From assembly GCA_963674945.2 (NCBI GenBank), contig CAXXWQ010000004.1, forward strand, positions 3,008,001 to 3,072,000: a DNA stretch of 64,000 bases. The letters are read 5' to 3'. The notes below the pieces were generated by a model. The model made no database searches. It worked only from the letters and a program-made list of their open reading frames with translations, and had not been told where the DNA came from. Numbering within the stretch: position 1 is the stretch's first letter; every line of letters starts with the position of its first letter. A program made the translations under genes and the position numbers. This document shows, piece after piece, positions 49,048 through 57,591 of the stretch. Origin of the DNA: an uncultured Desulfosarcina sp. (GTDB taxonomy: Bacteria > Desulfobacterota > Desulfobacteria > Desulfobacterales > Desulfosarcinaceae).

Positions 49048-50607
49048 TTAAAAGGAATACGACAAGCTAAAGGCAATCGTGTCACGATCCTTTAAAATAT
49101 GCCTGTTGTATCGGTTCTCATAGGTAAGCGCGCCCTTCCAAACGTTATTATAGAGAAAATCGACTCCGACGGAGGCGGATGCATAACCTTCTGGAAAACC
49201 ATTGTCACCCAGCATGTTCGTGCCGCTGAGAACATCGGAATTCGCCAGGTTCAAGCCTATCGTCGTTTTCGGAAACACCTCGAACCAATCGAACCCGACC
49301 AGGACCGAATACATCCATGCAAACTCGTTCTCCTCGCCGAAGCCGACTTCCTTGCCGCATGCGACTTCACCGGTGATCATAAGTGAGTCTGCAAAACTAC
49401 GGAGAGACCTCATATAGATAGCCGAAGTCTGTGCCTGCCAGAAATCGCCCTCTTCAACCACGGGCATCCCCGTTGCATCCAAGGCTTGAAATCCCACATC
49501 CTGTCGATAGCTGAATTCGCCGCTTAAATTGGCTTCTCCGAGCATTGAACTGAAGCTGAAGCCGTAAAGCTTGATGTCTTCGGTAAATTTTGAATACAGC
49601 GTCCCATATGGATTGGTTGCGCTGGGATCCCCATAAAGAACGGACGGATTCTTATCGTGATAGTTGATGTAGTAGCCGCCAATTTCCGTTGCGTCCAACC
49701 ACGGCAGCAAATAGGTTAATTTGATTCCATACTGGCCGTCGTCTTTTGCTTCTTCATCCTCTCCCCTAGGAATGGCCAGCAACGTGGAGCCAAACTGATT
49801 CAAGGTGGGCACCCTGATTTCATCAAGCGTATCCGTCCTCGCAAAAAAAGTGCCGCCCTCCATGAGTCTGGTTTTTTCCCATTTCCACTGGTAATAACCG
49901 CCCAGCCCCAATTCCGGAGTTATCGAAATCTGAAGATAGGCCGATTCCGTGGGTAAAAACATTTCTTTTACCTCCGTACCCACGGCAACCGCGGCGGAAG
50001 CATCCATGGGGCTTTGCGCAGAAGAAATGCCCCCCGGAATCAAAAGGCTCTCTCCCCAGCTGATAACCTGCTTTCCCACACGAATATCAATTTCCCGGTC
50101 TTCCAGGTAGAAGCTGTAATATCCGAAGAGGTCCAGGATTTCTGCATTCCGGCCGTGGATGTCCTCGATTTCATCGTGCCACTCATCCGAGGCGCCAATA
50201 CTACCACCGACGAAGGCATTGTTGGTCTCCGGGCTGTCATTGGCGTTGTCCGTCATGTAAACATGGTCATAAAACGCCTTGGGCCGAACGAACACGCCAG
50301 CACTCTTATAATTGAATTCGATGTCCGCAAGCGCAGTGATCTTGTTGTTGATCAGGTCCCACTGGTCGAAATTCCGGTTGGCGTCATCGTTGTTGATATC
50401 GGCCAGCAAATCGTCGTCCTGGTCCGATACTCTCATACCCACACCGTATGTGAGTGTTACGTCACAAGTTAGTTCTGTGTCGGGCCCGAGGTTGAACTGC
50501 ACGGCACCCGCAGGTCCAAGCAAAGAAAACACGCCAAAGAGGAATACCGTTGTCAGCAATATCTTTTTTTGATTCTGCCCACACCACATTTTCCTATCCA
50601 TTCCCAT
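49048..50607 (-). CDS. DUF1302 outer-membrane protein (AupA-like)
   Basis: Signal peptide; NNDDANRNF, VGKQVISWGES, YYQWKW, DDGQYG, YINYHDK, DRDTIAFSLSYSF with terminal Phe; AAGGAG RBS before ATG 50607. Confidence 0.88.
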   Translation of the reverse strand: MGMDRKMWCGQNQKKILLTTVFLFGVFSLLGPAGAVQFNLGPDTELTCDVTLTYGVGMRVSDQDDDLLADINNDDANRNFDQWDLINNKITALADIEFNYKSAGVFVRPKAFYDHVYMTDNANDSPETNNAFVGGSIGASDEWHDEIEDIHGRNAEILDLFGYYSFYLEDREIDIRVGKQVISWGESLLIPGGISSAQSPMDASAAVAVGTEVKEMFLPTESAYLQISITPELGLGGYYQWKWEKTRLMEGGTFFARTDTLDEIRVPTLNQFGSTLLAIPRGEDEEAKDDGQYGIKLTYLLPWLDATEIGGYYINYHDKNPSVLYGDPSATNPYGTLYSKFTEDIKLYGFSFSSMLGEANLSGEFSYRQDVGFQALDATGMPVVEEGDFWQAQTSAIYMRSLRSFADSLMITGEVACGKEVGFGEENEFAWMYSVLVGFDWFEVFPKTTIGLNLANSDVLSGTNMLGDNGFPEGYASASVGVDFLYNNVWKGALTYENRYNRHILKDRDTIAFSLSYSF

Positions 50608-50822
50608 TCTCCTTTTTGAGTGTGCCGTTCCTCCCAGCTTGTTGACAGGCATGAACTTTTTGCTGAACCTTGACCGGCAATCCCGCGATTTGTCGTAGTG
50701 ACAAATCGATACAAGGCCAAAACGCGTTTGGCGAAGTCGTTTGATCGTCATTTCCATTTTTTTGATACAAGCATCTTGATGTCTGCGAATGTAAAAACGG
50801 CAATGAAGCTATATGGTAAAAC

Positions 50823-50898
50823 GCCCCTCGGTTAAACGGGAGGAGGTCTTAATCCGAGGGGCATGCTCTCTTGAGTGGTGATCTCTTGAGAGTAAATC
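50823..50898 (-). promoter_or_regulatory. Conserved structured leader motif, copy 1 (copy 2 at 59085-59146)
   Basis: Hairpin GCCCCTCGG.../...CCGAGGGGC next to shared GGTGATCT(CT)CTTGAGAGTAAATC. Confidence 0.55.
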
Positions 50899-50987
50899 AT
50901 ATTTAAAAGCTGACCTTGCCAGCAGTATAGATCTTAATCAGTAGAAGGGATAAGAGATGTCTGTCATGAAAGAAAACGTCATGCAAA

Positions 50988-51728
50988 TTACATCATGGTA
51001 AAAACCTGACCGGTAATCCGATCGGCTTCGTCAGATAGAATGAAACGCGCCACCTTTGCCACCTCTTCAGGAGAATTCAATCCTCTTGGGTTCTGCGTTC
51101 CCAACGTTTCATGCACCGCATTCTCATCCATCCCCATGGCTCTGAATGCGCCCAGTGTCAGTTCAGTGGGAACGATTCCCGGCAAGATGCAATTGATGTT
51201 GATCAACTTCCCCTCGAGCTCTGCGACCATGGTTTCCATGAGACTTTTCATGACGGCTTTGCCTGCCTGGTATCCGGCAAGACCCGCCGTTCCCCCTGTC
51301 GCCGATATGAAAAAGAGCATTTTGCCGGTATTGCGCTCCGTAAAATGTTCCATGATGTTGTGGGCGCAATTGAACATTGTGTAGCCGTTGAATTCCACCT
51401 GCTGTTTGAAGAAATCAAAATCGTAATCCGGCAATCCCTTGAATACGCCCCCGCCAACGGTATCAACCATATAGTCGATGCCCCCCATCTCTTTGATGGT
51501 TTCCTCAGTGACACTTTTTATGTCGTCATAATCCAGGGCATTTGCCTTTTTCACTGCAGCCTTTCCACCGGCATCTTGTACTTCTTTGGCGGTCGTCCCG
51601 GCGCTTTCGGTGTTGATGTCCCAGATGCAGATGTCGACCCCGGCTTTTGCCAGTTCCAATGCGACGGCCCGTCCGATTGAATTTTGTGCGGCGCCTACGA
51701 CGACTGCGTTTTCTCCTTTAAAGTTCAT
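50988..51728 (-). CDS. Short-chain dehydrogenase/reductase (FabG-like, atypical motifs)
   Basis: VVGAAQNSIGRA, IWDIN, YQAGK (YxxxK), INCILPG, ITGQ. Confidence 0.85.
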   Translation of the reverse strand: MNFKGENAVVVGAAQNSIGRAVALELAKAGVDICIWDINTESAGTTAKEVQDAGGKAAVKKANALDYDDIKSVTEETIKEMGGIDYMVDTVGGGVFKGLPDYDFDFFKQQVEFNGYTMFNCAHNIMEHFTERNTGKMLFFISATGGTAGLAGYQAGKAVMKSLMETMVAELEGKLININCILPGIVPTELTLGAFRAMGMDENAVHETLGTQNPRGLNSPEEVAKVARFILSDEADRITGQVFTMM

Positions 51729-51803
51729 AATGGAATCCTCGTGTTTTTATTGTTAATAAACATCGTATGTCGAATACCGGTTATCTTGTATAAAACTTTT
51801 TAC

Positions 51804-54323
51804 CTACATGGCATGTTCCGTTCGGGAAATGATCTCATCACGTACTTCCGGCGTCAGCTCGGTCCAGTATGCGCTGTATCCGGCGACTCTCACGACCAAA
51901 TCTTTGTAGTTCTCCGGATGGGCTTTCGCATCGATCAGGGTGTCTTTGTTCAGGATGTTCAGTTGCACCTGGGAACCGCCCTTGGCAAAGAAGGTGTCCA
52001 GCAGAGCGGAAAATTTCATCTTGCCCTCTTTGGTCGCCATAATGCCGGCGGAGAATTTCATGTTCATCAACGTGCTCTCCATTCCCTGCATATCGATCTT
52101 CGACGCGGAATTCATTACTGCAGTGGGGCCGTTCTTGTCACAGCCACGAACAGGCGACAACGATCCGTCGGCCAGCGGCTCGCCATGCTTTTTCCCGTTG
52201 GGGAGTGCGCCGGTGGTCGGGGCGACCCATTGGGCCCATGCGGCGCCCTGTCGAAAGAGTCGGGGCTTGCGACCGAACTCATCCCGATAGGAAAGTGCCT
52301 CGTCCCGGGTAAAGGCCCAGAGGTGGGCCATCATTTCATCGGGTTCTTCCAAATCGTTGCCATATTTGGGATAATCGATCAGTTTTTTACGCAACTCTTC
52401 ATACCCTTCGAAGTCGGCTTCGAGCGCCTTGATCAGTTCGTCCATGGTGCAGATCTTGTCTTCAAAGACGGCGTGTTTGATGGCAATCAGCGAGTCGGCG
52501 GTGTCGGAAATGGCTCGATCCACGAAGGAACCGCCTTCGAGTCGATACGCATACCGGGTCCCGCGATGGTTGCAGTCGATTCCGTTTTCGACACATCCTT
52601 CCAGCCAGCCCGAGGCAAACGGCATGTAGGAATTTCCCGTACCATCACAATGCCTGGCTCCGTCGAGCCCCATATTCATGTGGAATGCGTAGTGGTGGCG
52701 AACCTGCTCTTTGTAGGCTTCCAGAACATCGTCGAAGTTCTTGAATTCTTTCGGGTCTCCCGTATCCGTTCCCAGCTTGTACCCGCTGTCCGGATCAACG
52801 CCGTGATTCAGCGCTATCTGAAGAAGTTTGGCATGATGCACAAAGCCCGGGCCGGGCCCCATACCCCAGGCGAATGCCTTACAGATTCCGGTATTCACGC
52901 AGCCGCCCATGGACCAGTCCCGGGCCTCTTCGTGGGGAACGCCGCGGCTCATCAGGTACTCCATGTTGTTACGGTCGTTGAACCATGCCGGAATGCCTGC
53001 ACCCTGGTTTCTGTTGCATTCGATAGCCGCGTCAAGGAACTCGGGCGCCATGGCGTGGTGATAGCGTACCGAGATATGCGGCTGGTGGGTTTTGACCTGT
53101 CCTGCCACGTGTAACACCAGGCAGCCGAATTCGTTGGAAGCGTCCCTGCCTCTGCGGTCAATTCCACCGAGGGTGACATTGACGATGTAATTGGCCTGGG
53201 CCACCGCCTGATGGTCCCTGCGCCCCATGAGTCCACCGAAAAGGAACGGCTCCAGCGAGTCCCAGAAAATGAAGATGTTGCCCATCAACTCGGCGGCTTC
53301 CTGGCGGGTCAGGCGGCCTTCGTTGATGTCCTTCATATAAAATGGGAACATATACTGATCGAACCGGCCGGCATAGTGATTGGATATGGCTTTTTCCATA
53401 TCGTGGACCACCGGGATAAACCAGTAGGCCTGCATCGCCTCCCGGAAGGTCCGCGGCGGGTTTGTCGCAACCCATTCACACACATCGCCGATCTCTTTCA
53501 GCTCTTTCTTCCTTTTGGTCCTCTTCTCTTTCTTCGCCATCTCCCTGGCTTTTTCGGCGTGGCGCATGATGAATCGCTGGAAGCCCTTCTGGACGATGAT
53601 AAACGATTCCAGCGTCTTGATCTTATCCGTGTCCTCAAGGGTAATGGCATCACCTTTGCGGCGAATCTTAGCAATCCGGTCTTGGATTTCAACGATCAGG
53701 CCGTTTATGCCGATGGCAAGATATTTTTCGAAGTCACAGCCAACAACCAGCGGGGTGTGTGCTCCCTTTGGCATGACACCGCCCATATTGAGTTTGGCTT
53801 CACCCATTTGTTGCCGTTTTTGGCCACCGAAGGCGACATTTGCTTCATAGCGTGGTTTGCCCAGATTCATGGCGTCCCAATATTCGGCTGCGGCGCGGAT
53901 GTCCTCGATGGTTTCGTCGGTAAGCCCTGCGTCCTGCTCCTCGCTGCCGGCGCTGGCCATCTGGTCCCGGTGCTGAAGGATCATTAAGATGTGCTCGGGT
54001 CCTGCGGTATGGCCCGGATAGGCGCCGCGGTTATAGGGCGTCGGCTTGCCCACGATCAGCTCTCCGTACCGGATGATAATGGGCATCTTGGCCATGTGGT
54101 TGACTTCTGCCTTGGCCTTCCGGATTGCAGGATGCTCGCCTTCGGTCTCCTTGTAAGACGAGAGCCAGTATCTGGCTCTCTCGCCGGCGATGTGAACGCC
54201 TTCTTCCCGCACTCTGTCCTTCAGCATCCGAATCCGATCGGTGAGGCCATTGGTCTTGTAAACTTCCTCCAGTTGGATAACGCGTGGATCGACCTTTGGT
54301 TCTTTGTTTTTTTTGGCAGTCAT
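51804..54323 (-). CDS. Glycyl radical enzyme (PFL2/DhaB/BssA superfamily) of unknown specificity
   Basis: ELIVG, PRTFREAMQ, GRFDQY, Cys loop MGGC475VN, PKYGND, SPVRGCDKNGPTA, QLNI, LVVRVAG815YS. Confidence 0.93.
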   Translation of the reverse strand: MTAKKNKEPKVDPRVIQLEEVYKTNGLTDRIRMLKDRVREEGVHIAGERARYWLSSYKETEGEHPAIRKAKAEVNHMAKMPIIIRYGELIVGKPTPYNRGAYPGHTAGPEHILMILQHRDQMASAGSEEQDAGLTDETIEDIRAAAEYWDAMNLGKPRYEANVAFGGQKRQQMGEAKLNMGGVMPKGAHTPLVVGCDFEKYLAIGINGLIVEIQDRIAKIRRKGDAITLEDTDKIKTLESFIIVQKGFQRFIMRHAEKAREMAKKEKRTKRKKELKEIGDVCEWVATNPPRTFREAMQAYWFIPVVHDMEKAISNHYAGRFDQYMFPFYMKDINEGRLTRQEAAELMGNIFIFWDSLEPFLFGGLMGRRDHQAVAQANYIVNVTLGGIDRRGRDASNEFGCLVLHVAGQVKTHQPHISVRYHHAMAPEFLDAAIECNRNQGAGIPAWFNDRNNMEYLMSRGVPHEEARDWSMGGCVNTGICKAFAWGMGPGPGFVHHAKLLQIALNHGVDPDSGYKLGTDTGDPKEFKNFDDVLEAYKEQVRHHYAFHMNMGLDGARHCDGTGNSYMPFASGWLEGCVENGIDCNHRGTRYAYRLEGGSFVDRAISDTADSLIAIKHAVFEDKICTMDELIKALEADFEGYEELRKKLIDYPKYGNDLEEPDEMMAHLWAFTRDEALSYRDEFGRKPRLFRQGAAWAQWVAPTTGALPNGKKHGEPLADGSLSPVRGCDKNGPTAVMNSASKIDMQGMESTLMNMKFSAGIMATKEGKMKFSALLDTFFAKGGSQVQLNILNKDTLIDAKAHPENYKDLVVRVAGYSAYWTELTPEVRDEIISRTEHAM

Positions 54324-54497
54324 TTCCCCCCCCCTCTTTTTTCTTTAAAAACAAGATCTTTTATTTGAATTTTGAATCGGCTGTTCTATAAAACCGGATG
54401 CGAAGTTTCCAGATGATACCAGAAAGATTGGAGCCGCTACGTTTTATGACCTGTGTTTTTTTATAAGGATGGCGTCTAATTGATAAATCCTGTTTAT

Positions 54498-54513
54498 TAC
54501 ATGAATCGTGCCA
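54498..54513 (-). promoter_or_regulatory. Putative sigma54 (-24/-12) promoter of the GRE operon
   Basis: Minus strand TGGCACGATTCATGTA (GG-N10-GT, imperfect -12), divergent from an enhancer-binding protein gene. Confidence 0.6.
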
Positions 54514-54567
54514 AGAAAATTATCTTTAAATAACAGTGGGTTGATTTTTAAGCCACACCAAATTAAC

Positions 54568-54597
54568 GCCATATGACAAATTTGATTGTCCTATGGC
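54568..54597. promoter_or_regulatory. Palindromic operator/UAS, copy 1
   Basis: GCCATATGAC-N10-GTCCTATGGC; equivalent site at 59281-59311. Confidence 0.65.
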
Positions 54598-54676
54598 ATA
54601 GCAAGTGATAATAATACGCTATGTGACGATTCGGTTCCAGTTTTTGAGAAATTACTTACCGGGGCGCACCAATCAT

Positions 54677-56275
54677 ATGCAGAATTTTGATAAAAATGAG
54701 TTTTTTCGACAAGCGACCGCTCACATTTGTGGTAGTCTGGATATCAATGAAGCATTAAAACGCTGCTACCATTTTTTAAAACAAGCGCTTCCCTGTGATG
54801 ATATGTTTTTTGTGCGATACGATCGGGAATTAAACGCATTTCCCATCGTGGCAAAGCATCAAAAGTATCCACGTAACGCGGAGGACATCAACATTATGCC
54901 TTCGCAAAGCAAAAAACTATGGCTTTACCTCTGGGAGCAGGAAAAAGAGGTTTATATTATTAACCGACCGGCTGAAATTCCGGAATTTCGGCAATTGAGC
55001 AAATCTTTAAAGTTTACACTCAACCAATCCTTCATCAGTTTGAAACTGCGCATCGGCGGGCAAAAAAGCGGTTTTTTCGTAATTAGCGCCCGCGGGAGCA
55101 ATCGGTATAATCAAGCCCATTTAGGTCTTGTGCACATGTTAAAAGATCCCCTGACCATTTGCATGGCGAATGCGCTCAAGCATCAAGAGTTGGTTCGTCT
55201 TAAGGATATTCTCAATGACAACAATCGCTTTTTACAATGCGAGCTCAACGATCTATCCGGTACGGAAATAATTGGCACCAATGGCGGGTTGCGCCCAGTG
55301 ATGGAAATGGCACGGCAGGTGTCCCGACTCGATAGTCCGATTTTGCTTGAAGGCGAAACCGGTGTTGGCAAAGGGTTGATCGCCCAGACCCTTCACCGTA
55401 TGTCAAAACGAAGGGAAGGTCCGTTTATCAGTGTCAATTGCGGCGCTATTCCGGATTCGCTTTTGGATAGCGAGTTGTTCGGGCATGAAAAGGGAGCATT
55501 CACAGGTGCAATCGAGCGAAAGCGGGGACGTTTTGAACGGGCGGACAAAGGGACGATATTTCTCGATGAAGTCGGCGAACTGCCCCTCAAAGCCCAGGTT
55601 CGGCTTCTTCATGTTCTTCAAAACAAGACAATCGAGCGCGTTGGCGGCTCCCAAACCATTCCTGTGGATATCCGTATCATTTCGGCTACCAATCGAAACC
55701 TGGAGGAAATGGTAAACGCGGGCAAATTCAGGGAAGACTTGTGGTATCGACTGAATGTTTTTCCGATTCGCATCCCGCCGCTGCGGCAAAGAAAAGAAGA
55801 TATTCCGGCACTCATCCATTATTTTACGGAAAGAAAATCCGTTGAGCTGAAAAAGACGGAACATCCCATCCTCGCTCCGGGAACCATTAACAGGCTTATG
55901 GCCTACCAGTGGCCTGGAAATGTGCGCGAACTTCAGAACATTGTTGAACGGGCGCTGATCCAGCACACCAAAGGCCTCTTACGGTTTACCGATACGGCCC
56001 TGTGGCAGGAAGGGAAGCACGAAGATACACAGTACACCGATGCGAAAGACCAGTTGCTGCCGCTGGAAACGGTGACGGCGATTCATATCCGGCGAGCGTT
56101 AGTGATTTCAAATGGAAAAATCAGCGGTCCCGGCGGGGCCGCTGATTTATTGGCCATCAACCCCAATACGCTTCGAAAAAAAATGGATAAGCTGCAAATT
56201 CCGTATAAAAAGAGAAAAATCGGCCGGAATCGGCCAGCCTATCGTACTAGCAACGTTTGTGCAATGGGACAGTGA
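54677..56275 (+). CDS. Sigma54-dependent enhancer-binding protein (GAF-like + AAA+ + HTH), copy 1
   Basis: GETGVGKG, ELFGHEKGAFTGA, FLDEVGE, YQWPGNVRELQN, C-terminal Fis-type HTH. Confidence 0.92.
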   Translation: MQNFDKNEFFRQATAHICGSLDINEALKRCYHFLKQALPCDDMFFVRYDRELNAFPIVAKHQKYPRNAEDINIMPSQSKKLWLYLWEQEKEVYIINRPAEIPEFRQLSKSLKFTLNQSFISLKLRIGGQKSGFFVISARGSNRYNQAHLGLVHMLKDPLTICMANALKHQELVRLKDILNDNNRFLQCELNDLSGTEIIGTNGGLRPVMEMARQVSRLDSPILLEGETGVGKGLIAQTLHRMSKRREGPFISVNCGAIPDSLLDSELFGHEKGAFTGAIERKRGRFERADKGTIFLDEVGELPLKAQVRLLHVLQNKTIERVGGSQTIPVDIRIISATNRNLEEMVNAGKFREDLWYRLNVFPIRIPPLRQRKEDIPALIHYFTERKSVELKKTEHPILAPGTINRLMAYQWPGNVRELQNIVERALIQHTKGLLRFTDTALWQEGKHEDTQYTDAKDQLLPLETVTAIHIRRALVISNGKISGPGGAADLLAINPNTLRKKMDKLQIPYKKRKIGRNRPAYRTSNVCAMGQ

Positions 56276-56425
56276 GTCTGCCTTTGCGGATCAATCAATG
56301 CACTTTATTGCTGTGTCGTTCCGGGTGAAACCGGATGCAACTCGACCGGTTTGAATACAACCAATCAATACGTTTGAGACGACATTACACATTTGGACAA
56401 TCGTGATACGAAATGAAGAGGAAAT

Positions 56426-57433
56426 ATGAAAACAGCACAAAGAGAAATGATGGCCTGGCGGGTTCACCAATACGGCGAATTTGAAAAAGCACTCGTACAT
56501 GAGACGTGTCCGCCGCCAAAACCTGCGGGCAAACAGGGGATCATTCGGGTCTCGGCAATCGGTCTTAATTTTCTGGATGTGCTCAGCATCGCAGGACAAT
56601 ACCAGGAGAAGAGTCCACTGCCCTTCATTCCCGGTGTGGAAGCCGCCGGCAGGATCGTGGAGACAGCCGAGGATTGTCCTTTTCAAGTTGGCGACCGGGT
56701 GATGACGGTGGGGGAAAGCGGCGCCTTTGCCGAATACATGGTCGTGGAACCGAAAAACACATTCGTTTTTCCCGAGGATATGACCTACGCGGATGCTGCG
56801 GCCATGCAACTGGTCTATCAGACGGCCCATGTTGGGCTGATACATCGGGCACGGCTTTCAAAGGACGATTTTCTCCTGGTTCATGCCGGTGCAGGGGGCG
56901 TGGGTACGGCGGCCGTTCAGATCGGGCAGGCGTGTGGCGCCCGGGTCATCGCAACGGCTGGAAGCGATGATAAACTCGACATCTGTCGCAAGTGCGGGGC
57001 AGCGTTTGTCATCAATTACCAGAAAGAGAATTTTGTCGACAGCGTCAAGGAAATTACCGGCGGCCACGGTGCCGATGTGATCTTCGACCCGGTCGGGGGC
57101 GCGGTGTTCGACGATAGCACCCGGTGTATCGCCTTCGAGGGCCGTATCGTCGTGATCGGTTTCGCCTCGGGCAAGATTTCCAAGATCGCGACAAACCGCG
57201 TTTTGCTCAAAAATATCGACATCGTCGGTCTTTATTGGGGTAACTACAAGAAGTTCGACCCGGAAATTTTTCGCAAAACCCAGGACGCTCTATACGATCT
57301 CTATCGATCGGGAGATATCAAGCCGCTGATCTACCGACAATTTCCCTTTTCCGCTCTTCCCGAGGCGCTGGCAAGCCTGGCCGGGCGAAAGAGCTACGGC
57401 AAGGTGATCGTCGACGGCCCCAGCATCCGATGA
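56426..57433 (+). CDS. NADPH:quinone oxidoreductase family protein (Zn-independent MDR)
   Basis: GLNFLD...GQYQ, PFIPGVE, HAGAGGVG, DPVGG, GFASG, GKVIV. Confidence 0.88.
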   Translation: MKTAQREMMAWRVHQYGEFEKALVHETCPPPKPAGKQGIIRVSAIGLNFLDVLSIAGQYQEKSPLPFIPGVEAAGRIVETAEDCPFQVGDRVMTVGESGAFAEYMVVEPKNTFVFPEDMTYADAAAMQLVYQTAHVGLIHRARLSKDDFLLVHAGAGGVGTAAVQIGQACGARVIATAGSDDKLDICRKCGAAFVINYQKENFVDSVKEITGGHGADVIFDPVGGAVFDDSTRCIAFEGRIVVIGFASGKISKIATNRVLLKNIDIVGLYWGNYKKFDPEIFRKTQDALYDLYRSGDIKPLIYRQFPFSALPEALASLAGRKSYGKVIVDGPSIR

Positions 57434-57507
57434 AAAAGCCCCATGATTTTAAGCCATTGAGATAGCACCCATTTGTTCGTAGAGAAAGTACAGGTAGATG
57501 ACCAAAC

Positions 57508-57545
57508 ACAATGAGAAGGTGGTGGTATACCGACCTTCTCATTGT
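57508..57545. terminator. Hairpin between convergent genes (terminator-like)
   Basis: ACAATGAGAAGGT/ACCTTCTCATTGT perfect 13-bp IR; homologous hairpin at 47573-47607. Confidence 0.55.
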
Positions 57546-57591
57546 ACTTCATTCCGCCCATGATTTCTTTATTCTGGCGTACCACCCGCGT

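Noticed and set aside
51684..53114. 476-aa + strand ORF (also 53211-53987) antisense to the GRE
   Set aside because: Shadow ORF with no motifs; expected from codon bias of the real gene.
51804..54323. Calling the GRE pflB, bssA/assA, cutC or hpdB
   Set aside because: Lacks the CC, CMSP and CxE signatures and the accessory genes of those systems.
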